Below, piece after piece: positions 1 to 13,665 of a DNA stretch of 64,000 nt (position 1 is the first letter of the stretch; every line of letters starts with the position of its first letter). The notes below the pieces were generated by a model that saw only the letters and a list, made by a program, of their open reading frames with translations, had not been told where the DNA came from and searched no databases. Source of the DNA: Paraspadella gotoi (taxonomy: Eukaryota > Animalia > Chaetognatha); the NCBI GenBank assembly GCA_051294375.1, contig CM119265.1:21168555-21232554 (forward strand). The letters run 5' to 3'. The position numbers and the translations under genes were made by a program.

Positions 1-3000
1 AAGCTACTCCTTTTCTAGGGTTCCATTGATTGTTGACGCCACGATATACAAGAATTTTCTTGACATTATCCCGAGGCATTTCTCACAGCATCCGGCAACA
101 TTTCGTCAGGTCGGTCCGTCTTTTACGGCCCAAGTTACTACGTATACTATGCTTAGTATGTCTATTTGTAATACGTTGTTATTTAACATTTATACTTAGT
201 TACGTTTCAAGTCGTCTAGTTCATCTTACTAAGCTTTCTTCAACAATTCTTTCACTTCATGATTTTTATTTCCGCGCTCTATATTTTCGCTAACATACAA
301 CATTTCTTTAATAAGAAATTTTCCTAAAAAAAAAATTATTAAAAATTTAAAATTAATCAACTTAATAATTTCTGTAGTAGTTTGGCTTACGGTTTCAGTT
401 TTGGGATTGTGGTACTTACAACAAGATTAGACTCATAAACTTGCTCTGTTACGGTTTATTTGTCTCCCTCCTCTCTGTCACTCACTCACTCACTCACTGG
501 ACCACTCACTCACTCACTCATCTCACGAACAATCTTATTTCATCTCGTGCACTTCCTCAGTTTCGTCGCCTTCCTTCCCCTCTAACTCTCCTCCCATTAA
601 TTTTCCTCTTCCAAATGCCTTCTTCGCTTCCTTCCTCCCCTTCCCTCTTCTCTGCTCCTCACTCTGCCCCAGCCCCCTATTCCTCCTCTCTTCCTCCTTC
701 CCCCCAACCCCTTCGCCTCGCCCTCTTTCCTCCTTCCTCCCTGTCCCTCCCTCTCCCACCCCCCTTTTCCCGCGTCCCTTTCCTCCTTCTCTTCTTATCC
801 TCTCCTTTCCAATCCTTCCGCCCACAATTCAAAGATGGCATCCTGGCCTTAACTGCTTCCTGCAGCGCCGCCAGCGTAATGGCATATCGAGATCGGTGAT
901 TCATCCTACACGATCCGTAAAATTATCCGGCCACCCGCATGGCCGACACGAGCTGAGCAAGTCTGCGATTATCCGCCTCTCGTCCGGAAGCGACCCGTGC
1001 CCCGACCGGCCGGCGGACCGCTTTCTCTAATGAGGGCCCCTACGTTATGGTCCGCGTCGTGCGCATATCTGTCCTGCGGTTCGACGTGCTCATCCGATAT
1101 CTGCTACCGACCATAACAGTATGGTCGGTGATAGAATCTGGGATATATATATACATATACCTTAGAAGAAGGAGATTGTATCTCCTATATTGGATTGCTA
1201 ATGAGTCTCTGCCCGTTTTTGCGAATCCTCTTGACGTATACTTCTACTCTCTATCTCGTACCAACTGTGAGTTGTTGACTGGGGTGATGGCTCTTCCTTC
1301 CTGCCCGTGGCGCTTCTCCGTGAAAAGATGCAGGCCATTGCCAATACTAGTACTGCGACACATTCTATTGTTGATCTCCTCGGTATACTTTATCTGATCG
1401 TCATGCCCCGAACAACACATGAGTCATAGAGAAAGACAGAGCCTTATCACTTGTATTGAGTGAGGAGTTTAGACCCTACTCTGCGCCGCCGTGTCGATAA
1501 CTATTCAAATAAGAGCAGCCACGCGTAAGGCGTAGTCGCTGATAACCTTCTGCTGATTATCGCAAAGAGAAGTACTCCAGTTGATAGACGAACAGCAACA
1601 ATGAAATCATCAAAAAACTAGCACATACAGCATCCAGCATATTCTGGGAAAAATACTCTAATCACTGCATAATACGGCTCATAAGCATACACACCTATTG
1701 ATGTGATATTGTTCAAGAACTATTATCCTAGCCTATCAATCCTCAGATCTATCAATGATCGAGACCTCAAGACTGGTTTATGTCTCTGACGCTAAAGTAT
1801 CTCTAATTAAGTTCTACACGGTACTAAGTACTTTCAAGTCTGTAACAGTCTGAGACAAAGGCTGTAAGGCCCTTGCCTACCTTCCTCCTTGGCAGGGTTC
1901 TATCTCAGCTATGTGCTAGTAATAATTAACTCTCTCCGACATATATGCTGTGCATACTCACTATTTTCCTGTGCTATCGTTCGAATCGTGACACTGATAT
2001 TACAAGAGTGACTTGGGGTGTCGGCGGGACACGTCCTCGTACGTTGATGCACGTGTCCTGCTAAGAACCAGTGCAACACGTTAGTAGAAAAGCGACGGTT
2101 GAAGTGCGCAGGCAGGTACGGAGGCCGATCCCTTTCTAATCTAAGTACCGATATCTTCTCTGCTCCTCCTATTCTCTGTGCTCGAACTCCTCACTCACGC
2201 TCTGTCCTGCTCTCACCCTCATCCTGTCCGTCTTGAGAGGCTACTAAACGTAAATGTATATGCGTCTATCACAAAGGAAATCTCTATAACATGCAAGTGA
2301 AAGTCAGGTCTCTTTATCGTCGCGCAAAAGTGAAGCTACTCAGAAAAAGAAGTGTAGTGAGCTTGCTCCTTCCAGCGTGTGACATGACCGGATCAATCCT
2401 GACAGCTGCCCTATCAGCTGATCCTAGATTGCACGTCTTGGCTGCCGACGCTCTTCCATAATCCGCTTCCGTGTTGCTCTCACTACTACCGCGAGGACGG
2501 ATGCAATCCAGTCGGGTTGCTCCTAATCGGCTGAACAGAGGCATGTCACAAACTGAACGATAACTCATCAACCAGGCATCCTACACACTCATACCTCCTA
2601 ATCAGCCTACTCAGAGATCTGAATTGAATTGTATAGTTAGAAAGATTCTCTCTCATCTACTAGTCACCACTGCTCACGATCTGTTGGCGTAAGCTCTTTC
2701 CATAGTGACTACTGTAACCGAGAGTTCCGACCTAACCCGTGAACGCCTGGAGTCTAGGCCAGCTGACAGAGATATCCCCATATGGTACTCCGAGCGAAGA
2801 AGGCTGGGTACAGGCCGGGTGGCAGGCGGAACAAGGAAGAACACGACAGACATAAGAATCGAGGAAGTGGAGAACGCGGAGAGTAGATGCGGGGTCGACA
2901 TCTCTCTCAACGATCCTGGGCTCCCAACTCGTGGGTGTACTCGGAGTCTGGTATGTGAGCTCGTGGTGAATACGAATTCCCGGGCGGCGTGGACAACACT

Positions 3001-4066
3001 AAGGTTGGTATACCAATGTCCGGTGTCTCCAGATAGTGCGCTCCCTCAGGCGACTGTGTCTGCGTGAACGAAGAAAAATTAACTTACAATGCCATTACTC
3101 AGTATTAATATTAGCAAGAACCTCCAGTGAAGAATACAGATCAGCGACTACATCCCAACACAGACAACAGAGACGAATGTAGATCTACCATTGATGACGC
3201 GTTGAGAGAATATCGTCTGGTGCTCCTCAAGAGGAGCCAGCAGGTTCGGGCGCAGTTGCGTTCGCCCAGCAATCCTGGCAGGTCGCCAATTTTTTAACAT
3301 GCTTTAACGGCTAAAACAACTCGCTATGCTCGAAGTGAACCGTTTTGCGTTCCAACGATGAAAAGTTTTTAATAGAAGAAAAGAAGGAAGGTAGTATTTG
3401 AGGTGTATTGTGTTTTTTCTTATTTCAAGGTAGGCATAATACAAAAAAGAACTATGTTTACAGCATGGTGGTCTACGACTTTACTCTCTTTTACTGCTTA
3501 CTTCCTGCCTTACTGTCCGCTCTCCTTTTTCCTTTCACCCTCTTTTATATCTTCCTCCTCCTTCTATTTCCATGTGCTACTATCTCCTTCTCCTGTTTTC
3601 GTCCGAAAAGCGCGCGAGCGACTCTCGCGCGACGCGGCATGCGTACCCGCCTTTTCCTCTCTTTCCATCATCCCATTCCTTCCTTTTGGAACTCCCTTCT
3701 CTCTCTTCAATCTGTTACATATAAGGAATAGGCCTCCTGTCTTCTTCTCCGTTCCATTCCCCTGTCGTAGGCGTTCTCGCTTTCTTCTCTCTCGTCTTCA
3801 TAAAATTCTCAGTCGCTCACGTACGAGTTCCGGATATAACCACTACTTGCTCGTAAAAAAAAGGTATCTCGTCCATTTAACTATTTTCTGTCTCTCTTCT
3901 CTTCTCTCTCTCTTAGCACTCTGACGCTTTAAGACCATAAAATTTGAAATTAAGAACTTAGAAACGAGCCACAGAGCTTTAGGAGAGAAGTAGCTTTCTC
4001 TTCCGTTGCTCTCTCTTTAAACTCCAGCCTCTCCTCTCGTTCCTCTCCTCTCTCTCTCTCTCTCTC

Positions 4067-4120
<54 letters not shown>

Positions 4121-5411
4121 CTCCTCCTTCACTTTCCCTCCCTCCCTCCTCCCCCGTCTCTTCTTTTCTTTTTCGGATTCTTAGAGTCGTGTTGGCGTGT
4201 CCATCGTCGTGTCGTTCGTCCGACGTTGTCGTCCGGCTTTATTAGGCTTTGGAAGAAGATATAATGGATCTAATGAGCGTGAATAGGAGAAGGCGTCTTG
4301 GAGATTATCCTGTTCCGTCGTGAGAATNNNNNNNNNNNNNNNNNNNNNNNNNTTATTAATTATTTTTTTTAGATTTTTTTTTCAAAACAGAAGGAAAATT
4401 TTAAATAATTTTTATTACAAATAATACAATTATATCTATAAGTTATATTTTTATTATAAAATTTTTTATAAGATTTTTTTAGTTTTGATTATATATTTTT
4501 TAATTTTTATATCATTCCGCTCTCACTGCACCTGAACCGACATTATTCTGAGTACTGATTTATGACTTGACTTGATATGACTGGACTGACTGTGACTGAC
4601 TGATTGACCGTAGTGACTTGACTGGACTGACTCTGGCTAGACTGGACTGACCGATTCCGACTGATCTTGACATTGACATTGATTGACGTCTGATCTGATA
4701 CTGTGACCTGGAAACATGTACTCACTCACTCACTCAACTCTACGTCTACAGATCTTATTTCATCTCTGCACTTTCCTCAGTTCGTCGCCTTCCTTCCTCG
4801 TAACTCTCCCCTCCCATTATTTTCCTCAATTTCCAAAATCTTCTTCGCTTCCTTCCTCCCTTCCTCTCTCTCTCTTACCTTACCCTCTCTTCACCTACCC
4901 TCCCCTCATCCTCCCTTCCTCCCTCATCTCCTCTCTCTCCTCCAGATCGCTTCTCCACAATTCTAAAGAGCATCTGGCCAGATACTACTTTCCTCCGCCA
5001 AAATTGAGAGATGACGGATTTACCCACGATTACGAATTCCCGTATATTCGTTGCCGCTCCATCGCGCATTTGGCGACACTCTGACCCTAACGTCCACTTG
5101 GCGACGCCGCTCCGACTGACCACTCGACGCCGGCCCCGACGCCCTCTTGCCTCTTTTATCGACTGGCGACGCATTACGATGGTTAACGTCGTCGTCGTCG
5201 TCGTCGTCGCAAAAGGTGGTTTGTTTGCAGCCTTTGAAATTGCTTCTTCAAGAAATGACCTACGTCGGATTTTTGATCACCCTTTCGCGCCTCCATGATT
5301 TTTTNNNNNNNNNNTTTTTTCTCGTCTGCTTTCTTTAGTTTTTTAACTCGTTTTTTTCTCTTTTTTTTGATTCTTTCTCGTTTCTAAAGATATTTATTTA
5401 ATTTCTCCTAC

Positions 5412-5865
5412 ATCATATTTTTTTCGCCATAGTTTATTGTCAAAGAAGAAAGAAGAAAAGAGCGAAAAAGTACATAACCAGTTTTGTAAACTTGAAAAAA
5501 CGATTGTAAGTGATTTTGCATTGGAAACTTATGAAAAAAAATATACAAACAATGAAAATATAAAACTTTAAAAAAGCAATACTAGTATGGGTTAAATTAG
5601 TAGAAATACTTAATATGTCTATTGTCTAAGCTAACAGATGTTTTTCATTGACAACCAAACTGATGTGGGAAGAAATTTTAATTACGGCCCATGACAATAT
5701 GACAAAGTGTATGTTGTTAAGTTAGGATTGTTTATATAAACTCTCTCCACAATTTTCTACTTCTTTGTCTCTCGTTTAATCCTCGATCGCTTAATGACCT
5801 CGGTTGCCGTGGAAACCACTAACCGCAAGTAGAAAGAAGAAGGGCGTTAGGCAAGAATGGAGGCT

Positions 5866-5916
<51 letters not shown>

Positions 5917-6604
5917 CTCTCTCTTTTCCTCTCTCTCTTCCTCTCTCTCTCTCCTAACATTGGTTGGCCTCAGAAAATCCCTACATCATTAACCTTTCTT
6001 CGTCTCTTCCTCCTCTGGAGAAGAAAATACCTTAAGAAAAATGAGAGACAATTTTTATCTCTCTTTGCTTTTCTTCTTTTCATATTTTCTCTCCTTATTT
6101 CCGTTTTTCAATTGTACACGATAATGTATCATCTGAGAGCTAAATTGTACGTAGTAAAATCCTTCATACCGTAAATATAGAAAATATAATCATCCAGATA
6201 GACATGTATTTCCATAATATTTCGCCGACAAGGACGATGAAAACGACGACGACGAAGACGACGACGCCAACAAAGACGACAACACCCACAATAACAACGA
6301 CGACGACGACGACGACGACGATGCAACGCGGAATTTCCATTTCCTTTTTCTTCTCAATATCGGAGATTGTTTTGGACAAACTTTGACTCCCCCTCCCCCA
6401 GTTTCCCTTCCTCCTTTCCCTCCCGGAAAAAAAAAAGACATCATCTTCCATTGAAATGGTGATATCAGCAATTTCCAGCCCAAAAACCCTCCAAAACATG
6501 ACATGGGTGACCCTGGACACTCTGGCGCGAGAGGAGGGGGAAGAGGAGGAGGAGGAAGAAGAGAAAGGAGCTTTCTCTTCCTTGCTCTCTCTTTAGAACC
6601 TCAG

Positions 6605-6688
<84 letters not shown>

Positions 6689-6898
6689 TTCCTTTCTCCT
6701 CCTCCCCGTCTCTTCCTTTTCTTTTTCGATTCTTAGAGTCGTTGCGTCGTCGTCGTCGTCGTCGGCGTTTATGGCTTGGAGGACGAGAGGCTATTCCATG
6801 GATCATTGGCACGGCGTGAGTTAAGGTGCCGACGTCGCCGGAAAAGGGGTTCTGGAAGAGAGTGATGAAAATGGCGAGGTGGCAAGTGGCAACGGATG
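5412..6898. repeat. Near-identical direct duplicate of 9839-11305 (about 1.5 kb)
   Basis: Colinear sequence differing mostly by 1-nt indels; this copy ends at a 25-N gap; a noisier third copy is at about 3370-4327. Probably an assembly or haplotype artefact. Confidence 0.85.
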
Positions 6899-8084
6899 NN
6901 NNNNNNNNNNNNNNNNNNNNNNNGAGTTTGTGATAAATGTTTTGTTATTCCTTGCCAGGACTTCTAACTGCTACAGACTTATCTTTACAACAATCTCTCT
7001 TCTAAGACTGCTAAACTTACAGACATGTTCGTCAAGTCCTGGGCTTCGTTAGATCGTCGTTCCTTTCGGCCTTAGCCCGACGTCATCTACCGGACTTGTC
7101 GTCATTATCTCCAGGGGCTTTGACCGGCGCCATCGTCTCTTTCTGCGCCATTTTATACCCGATTCCATCTGGTCTTCAAATGCGCAGAATTAGCCAGTCA
7201 GTTAGAATCAAAGACCAGCCACTTCTCCGACTTAGTTCAATACACTATTGTTAACCAAAAAATACTTTTGGATATTTGACTATACCCAACGATATAATTA
7301 TGAAGACATTGGAACCCATGAAAGAATGAGCGCGACCTATCTAATCTAGATTTTGGAGGAAGACCAACAAATATTTGTATAAGGACAGAGAAAAAATAAT
7401 GAGCCACAAAAATGAAAATGTAGAATTTGAAATTTATTCGAATTGAAAAGGGAAGGCAAGCATAAAAATTAATCCATTTAATTAACTACCTCTAATCAAT
7501 CAATCAAAATAAATAAATCATTTAACAATCAAACTAGATTCAATCAACATAAGTGATCAACTCTTAATCAATCAGAGATCAATGCGTTCAATGGATATAA
7601 CAGTCAATAATCAATCATCATTCAACTAATTAAACAATCAATTTGCTTATAAGCTCAAAAGAGACTTGTGCACAAGAAGCACCTTTGGGGGCCAATGAAG
7701 ATCACTGAAGACAATTATTAAAGATGTGCAATTGACACTTCCAGTTCTAAGACAGTTCCAAGACACTGACTGTCCAGTATGGGTTCAAAACTTAAGCATC
7801 ATTCTTGTGATAAACTTAAACATGATAAAAACATGATAACATGGCTTCCAAGGTGTAGTTGTTTCAGCTGGGTAGAGAGGCTGTAAGAAATTTTTTATGC
7901 TGGTCACCTGACTATGGCTTCAATTGGCGCCCTACCCGGGCTTATAAACAAAGTCTTCCTATGTGACACTTTTGCCCTTGAGCCCTGCTTCTATAACATC
8001 AATTAAGTCCTTACTAAACCCTCATCTGCAAGAGCTCTGACACAGCCGCTTTGGCTGCGGTAGAATGCTAACAATTGCTTATTT

Positions 8085-9030
8085 CCATGATGGAAAAAAA
8101 AAGTGTCGCGGTTTGGAAAAGTCAGTTAATTTTTATAGTCAATATATTTTTTTGGCTAATGAATAAGTTTTAATAGGTAATATGACCTCCTAAGACTGAA
8201 TAAAATGATTATTTCTCCAACAGAATTAAATTATTCAATCATATCAAATACTTCAAAAGAGGTTGTCTCTACTGTTTTCACTTCTTTTTGATTTAAGAGA
8301 ACTACTCATATTATTGTTAAAATTATATCTCTGATATGATATTTTTTATCAGATTTGGGGCAAAAAATGGTTCTTAGCCAAACAGTGAAAAAGATTGATC
8401 CTCTATAAAGTAAACCAGCTTGAGTGTTGCTGCCATAATGTGATAATTCATTGTCTTTCACTTTAAAAAGCTTTATTTTTTTTATTTTGACTTGTTTGAT
8501 ATTTGATTCTGATATACAATCCAAAGGTAAATAAAAATGATCACTTTGCTTACAGAAAGGTTACCCGGAAACCTTACAACTTTTATTGATACTTTACAAT
8601 TTAAAAATAATATTCATATATCATCTACAGCATCAATGTATTTTTAATATGCTCTTTTTTTGACATATGAATTGAGATTCATCCCTGAATCTATCCTAAT
8701 GGAGATAATGCAATAACCATTTGACATTAGACTGAGAAAAGGCAGGATTTTTAATAGTATTGTTTAACTCAAAAGTAATAAAAAAGAACCGGAAATGAGT
8801 ATAAATAAAAAGTACAGATATAAAAAGATAAAAATGAAGGAAGCCATTTTTTTTGACAACGCATTTCTTTTTACATGAACTCTGTATTTTTTGTCATACA
8901 TAAATGAAACACAGCTTATATGAATCACAAAAGGCAATGTTTCTTGATATCTTAATTTTATTTTTCGATTCTACTTTAAAATGCGAAAAATAACTGGAAA
9001 GTAACCGCGACACTTTTTTTTCCATCATGG
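8085..9030. mobile_element. MITE-like non-autonomous DNA transposon of about 945 bp with about 28-bp terminal inverted repeats
   Basis: CCATGATGGAAAAAAAAAGTGTCGCGGTT at 8085 and its reverse complement AACCGCGACACTTTTTTTTCCATCATGG ending at 9030; AT-rich non-coding interior; no clear TSD, so superfamily not assigned. Confidence 0.65.
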
Positions 9031-10294
9031 TTAGATAAATCTTATTCTTTTTTTCATTAAAAATTAAATAAATGCACTTCTTCCTTTGATACTTTGGCTA
9101 TCTTTTCTTTCATTTAAAATTTTAATAGGCCAAGAGATATTACATTTTTAAAGTTATTTCATTTTTTTTTTCAATACCTGGACCCGTTCATTTTATAAGG
9201 TTTGAAAAAGGGGGTGATTTTCTTAATTTTTTCAATGTATGAGCCTGTAAAACTGGAACGAATAATCAAAATTTTAAAAACAAAAACAGATTTGGAATCA
9301 GCATAATGTCCTCTTTCAACCCATTATTTTTTAAATATTTTAATTAGTTTTTAAGACTATGATATATTTTTATAATTTTCAAAAAATATTTTTGTTATTT
9401 AAAATAATTTTTTTTAAATTTAATTTGTTTTTTATTAAAACTGGTCTTCTTCAAATATCATTTTGTATAAAAATGGAATTAATTACCTTGCACCTTTTAA
9501 GAATACTCTTGAATTTTTTTTTGAGTGAATTAATTTTTAAAAAACAAAAAAAATAAAATTAATTTAAAATTTTATTACTCAATTTATGTAGGCCTCGTCT
9601 CGGAGTTATTTATGAGCAAAAATGATAGGACTAGCTTCATTAATAACCGCGTTAGAGCAAATATTGTAAAAAAAAATTTTGGGTGCTGAGCGCAATTTTT
9701 TTGAATTTTTAAAAATCCTTCAAACGGGCAATAAACCTAAGGTTCCTGCATCTATTACTCAAAACTGAGCTGATTCCAACGCTAGTTTGAGAGATATCCA
9801 CTCCCTCAACTTTTCGAGTAAAGAAAACGCGTGCTGTAATCATATTTTTTTCGCCAAGTTTATTGCAAAGAAGAAAGAAGAAAAAAAAGAAAAAGTACAT
9901 AACCGTTTTGTAAACTGAAAAAACGTATGTAGTGATTTTGAATTGGAAACTTATGAAAAAAAATATACAAACAATGACATATAAAAACTTTAAAAAAGCA
10001 ATACTAGTATGGGTTAAATTAGTAGAAATACTTAATAAGTCTTAATATGTCTATTGTCTAAGCTAACAGATGTTTTTCATGACAACCAAAACTGATGTGG
10101 GAAGAAATTTTAATTACGGCCCATGACAATATGACAAAGTGTATGTTGTTAAGTTAGGATTGTTTATCTAAACTCTCTCACAATTTTCTATTTCTTTGTC
10201 TCTCGTTTAATTCCTCCGATCGCTTAATGACCCGGTGCCGTGGTAACACTAACCGCAAGTAGAAAGAAGACGGGCGGTTAGGCAAGAATGGAGG

Positions 10295-10344
<50 letters not shown>

Positions 10345-11014
10345 GCTCTCTCTCTTTTCCTCTCTCTCTTCCCTCTCTCTCTCTCTCTACATTGGTTGGC
10401 CTCAGAAAATCCCTACATCATTAACCTTCTTCGTCTCTTCCTCTCTGGAGAAAAAATACCTAAGAAAAATGAAGACAATTTATATCTCTCTTGCTTTTCT
10501 TCTTTTCATATTTTCTCTCTTATTTCCGTTTTTCAATTGTACATGATAATGTATCATCTGAGAGCTAAATTGTACGTAGTAAAATCCTTCATACCGTAGA
10601 TATAGAAAATATAATCATCCATATAGACATGTATCCATAATATTTCGCCGGACAAGGACGATGAAAACGACGACGACGAAACGACGACGACCAACAAAGA
10701 CGACAACACCACAATAACAACGACGACGACGACGACGACGATGGCAACGCGGAATTCCATTTCCTTTTTCTCTCAATATCGGAGATTGTTTGACAAACTT
10801 TGACTCCCCCCCCGTTTCCCTTCCTCCTTTCCCTCCCGAAAAAAAAAAAAGACATCATCTCCATTGAAATGGTGATATCAGCAATTTCCAGCCCAAAACC
10901 TCCAAAACATGACATGGGTGACCCTGGACACTCTGGCCGAGAGGAAGGAGGAAGAGGAGGAGGAGGAAGAAGAGAAAAGGACTTTCTCTTCCTGCTCTCT
11001 CTTTAGAACCTCAG

Positions 11015-11098
<84 letters not shown>

Positions 11099-11877
11099 TT
11101 CCTTTCTCCTCCTCCCCGTCTCTTCCTTTTCTTTTTCGATTCTTAGAGTCGTTGCGTCGTCGTCGTCGTCGTCGGCGTTTATGGCTTGGAGGACGAGAGG
11201 CTATTCCATGGATCATTGGCACGGCGTGAGTTAAGTGCCGACGGTCGCCGGAAAGGGTTCGGAAGAGAGTGATGAAAATGGCGACGTGGCAAGTGGCAAC
11301 GGATGATGATGTGATTGTTTACCGAAGAGGAAGTTGGGACTAAGCTGGGGAAACGGCGGAAAAATATGTTTCGTTGTGGAGAAAACAAAAGGTATATTGC
11401 AGGTATATTGCAGTTAAAAATTCACGAATGTTCAAGGAATGAAAGAAAAAATGGTTAAAATGAATATCACATACAAGAAAATAGAAAATTTACAAAAGAA
11501 TCAATAGAAAAAAAATAGAAGAATTAATACTAATTTAAAATGCATTACAATGCAAAAGAATAACTACTAAAGTATTTTGGTTTAAAAGACAAATAATACA
11601 TGTAACTTGATGTCTATTAAAAGTGTTCACGTCTGCCGATAAATGTGAATACTGAATAGTAATGATGAGCTCATGTCGAGTTTCTGAACGCTTGTTTTTA
11701 TTGCTTCGCCAAGCGAGAACTTTAAAAAAGGCTTTCCCCCCTTCCGTTAGTTCTTTCCTCAGCCACGCCACTTTCTCAAGGAAGCGTCATTTTCACCGCC
11801 GCAGTTATTCCGACAAGAGACGACGACAAAGATGGCGTTTACGTCGTTCGAGCCTCTTTAGGGCTGAAAAGAGAGGT

Positions 11878-12325
11878 TCAACGGCCGAGTCCCATAAACC
11901 CCTTGTCGGGGTTGACGGGTTCTTAAGGGACGTCCTCCATCCCTTTGAGGGAGAGGGTCGGCTTGATGGTGCGTTTGGCGGGACAGTAAAGGGCGTAATC
12001 CGTTAACCAAGTAACGTTATTGTGATGATGGAACAGTAACTCACATTTGCCAGCAGCGCATCTCCCTCTCCTTGCACCTGCTCGCGTCCCCAATGCATCT
12101 GCCCGAATTCTCTCGCCCGTCGACGAGGAAGAAAAAGAACCGGAGAAACAAATAAAAGGAGAAACCATCAACGAAGAGGATGGGGGGACCCTCCTCGCAT
12201 AATGAAGGGCGGGGAGGAGGAGGAGGAGGAGGAGGAGGAAGAGGAGGAGGAGAATGAATCTTTGCGGAAGAGGTTTTGAGGCTGAGAAACGACGTTACCT
12301 TTGAACCTGGGGTGCGATTCATCAA
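11878..12325 (-). other. Possible small coding fragment(s) divergent from the collagen-peptide gene
   Basis: GC-richer unique sequence; 94-aa ORF with a Pro run, a hydrophobic stretch and three Cys ending at a GTGAGT donor (about 12044); frame of the downstream part is ambiguous. Confidence 0.2.
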
Positions 12326-12498
12326 GACAAATCACCCGCGAGGAACGAGAAGAAACGAGAGAGAGAGAGAGANNNNNNNNNNNNNNNNNNNNNNNNNNNN
12401 NNNNNNNNNNNNNNNNNNNNNNNNNNNNNNNNNNNNNNNNNNNNNNNNNNNNNNNNNNNNNNNNNNNNNNNNNNNNNNNNNNNNNNNNNNNNNNNNNN

Positions 12499-12534
<36 letters not shown>

Positions 12535-13063
12535 GAGGGAGAAACAGAAAGATGCTGAGGCAATTCGCTTTTTTATCCTTTCTCGTTATTTTTAGTCTTT
12601 CTCTCTTTAGTTTTTGATTTTCCTGTTTTATTCTAGTATTGTTTCTCTTAATTGTAACCGGGATTTCGGAAAAATTTTTCCGGGGAAAGGTCTTTTTTTT
12701 TTCTTTGCTTTTGCGTCATTCGTCCTATTTACATATATTTCGTTTTAATTCTGAGCTTCTCAACTGCGTAATAATAGGATAAGAGAAGTACTTTTCTTAA
12801 ACCCTCTCAACCAGAAAAAAATTATGATTGTAACGAAACCTAAAAGTAAAAATTAAAATTAAATTGTTTTTTATTCCTTATTCGGGGCATTGCTCACTTG
12901 AGGCCAAATCTAAAAATTAATTCCGGCAAACAATGAAAAATTCAGTTATTTAGTTCAATTCGAAATTATCCTTTTCGTTATTTAATAAATAGACGCATCC
13001 ACTCTCTCCCCGCTTTTTCGATCGATCGCGCGACCGGAATCAAAGAGGCATTATTAGTTTCTC

Positions 13064-13106
13064 ATTTGCATAAACGTAAAAAAAAAACGCCTAAATTTGG
13101 TATAAA
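13064..13106 (+). promoter_or_regulatory. Candidate core promoter: octamer ATTTGCAT (13064-13071) and TATA box TATAAA (13101-13106)
   Basis: Motif matches about 120-155 bp upstream of the ATG at 13221; short motifs in AT-rich DNA, so only suggestive. Confidence 0.35.
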
Positions 13107-13220
13107 GGCGATTTTGTTTTTTCTTTTAACTGGAGAAGACAGAAAGAGGAAATCCGACGACCCAAGCGAATTCATTTTCGTGAATTCGAAAAAAGAAAAA
13201 CAAATTTGGAAACTAAAAAA

Positions 13221-13309
13221 ATGAACTTCAGTCGAATTTGGTTTCGTTTGTTGCTGGCGACGTTCGCCGCCGTCGTGACCCTGTCTTCGCTGGTGTCCGC
13301 TACCACGCT
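13221..13309 (+). CDS. Exon 1 (signal peptide) of a secreted mini collagen-like peptide precursor: MNFSRIWFRLLLATFAAVVTLSSLVSATT(L)
   Basis: ATG at 13221 in AAAAATG context; basic n-region, hydrophobic core and V-S-A cleavage-like motif; consensus donor CT|GTAAGT at 13309/13310 (phase 2), compatible with all three downstream acceptors. Confidence 0.85.
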
Positions 13310-13665
13310 GTAAGTATAGGCGTCTTAATGTAGTAATGTTCTTGTTTACTGAGTTGCCTTTTCCTGCCGATGGAAAAAAAAATAAGCGGAGATTTAAAAA
13401 AACTTTTGCACTTGAGACGTTGAAAGGTGTATGCAACTTGCACATGCACAGCAAGTGTGAAAAACATTGTCCATGCAACAGCATGTTTTTTTATCTTTAA
13501 GAGTTGTTATCTTCTTTTTTTCTACTTTAAAAAATGTAATTTTGGTGTTCTATTTTCCTTAAAAAATTAGCTCTTAACAATAAAACAGTTGTTATTTTAA
13601 AATATTTATTCATATTTTTTTACACCAATATTCATACATACACCTACATTTATTTTATTATTCAG

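Noticed and set aside
1000-3240. ORFs of 78-120 aa in mixed-composition sequence
   Set aside because: No recognisable domain; lies between noisy duplicates and looks like low-quality read sequence.
6924-7340. Possible solo LTR or first exon on the minus strand (TATAAAA near 7151, GTAAGT near 7015)
   Set aside because: Truncated by a gap; no second copy, TSD or sustained ORF.
11878-11925. Tachykinin or allatostatin-A call for GFMGL-GR
   Set aside because: Matches neither FxGLM-amide, FxGxR-amide nor Y/FxFGL-amide exactly; single copy with an upstream in-frame stop.
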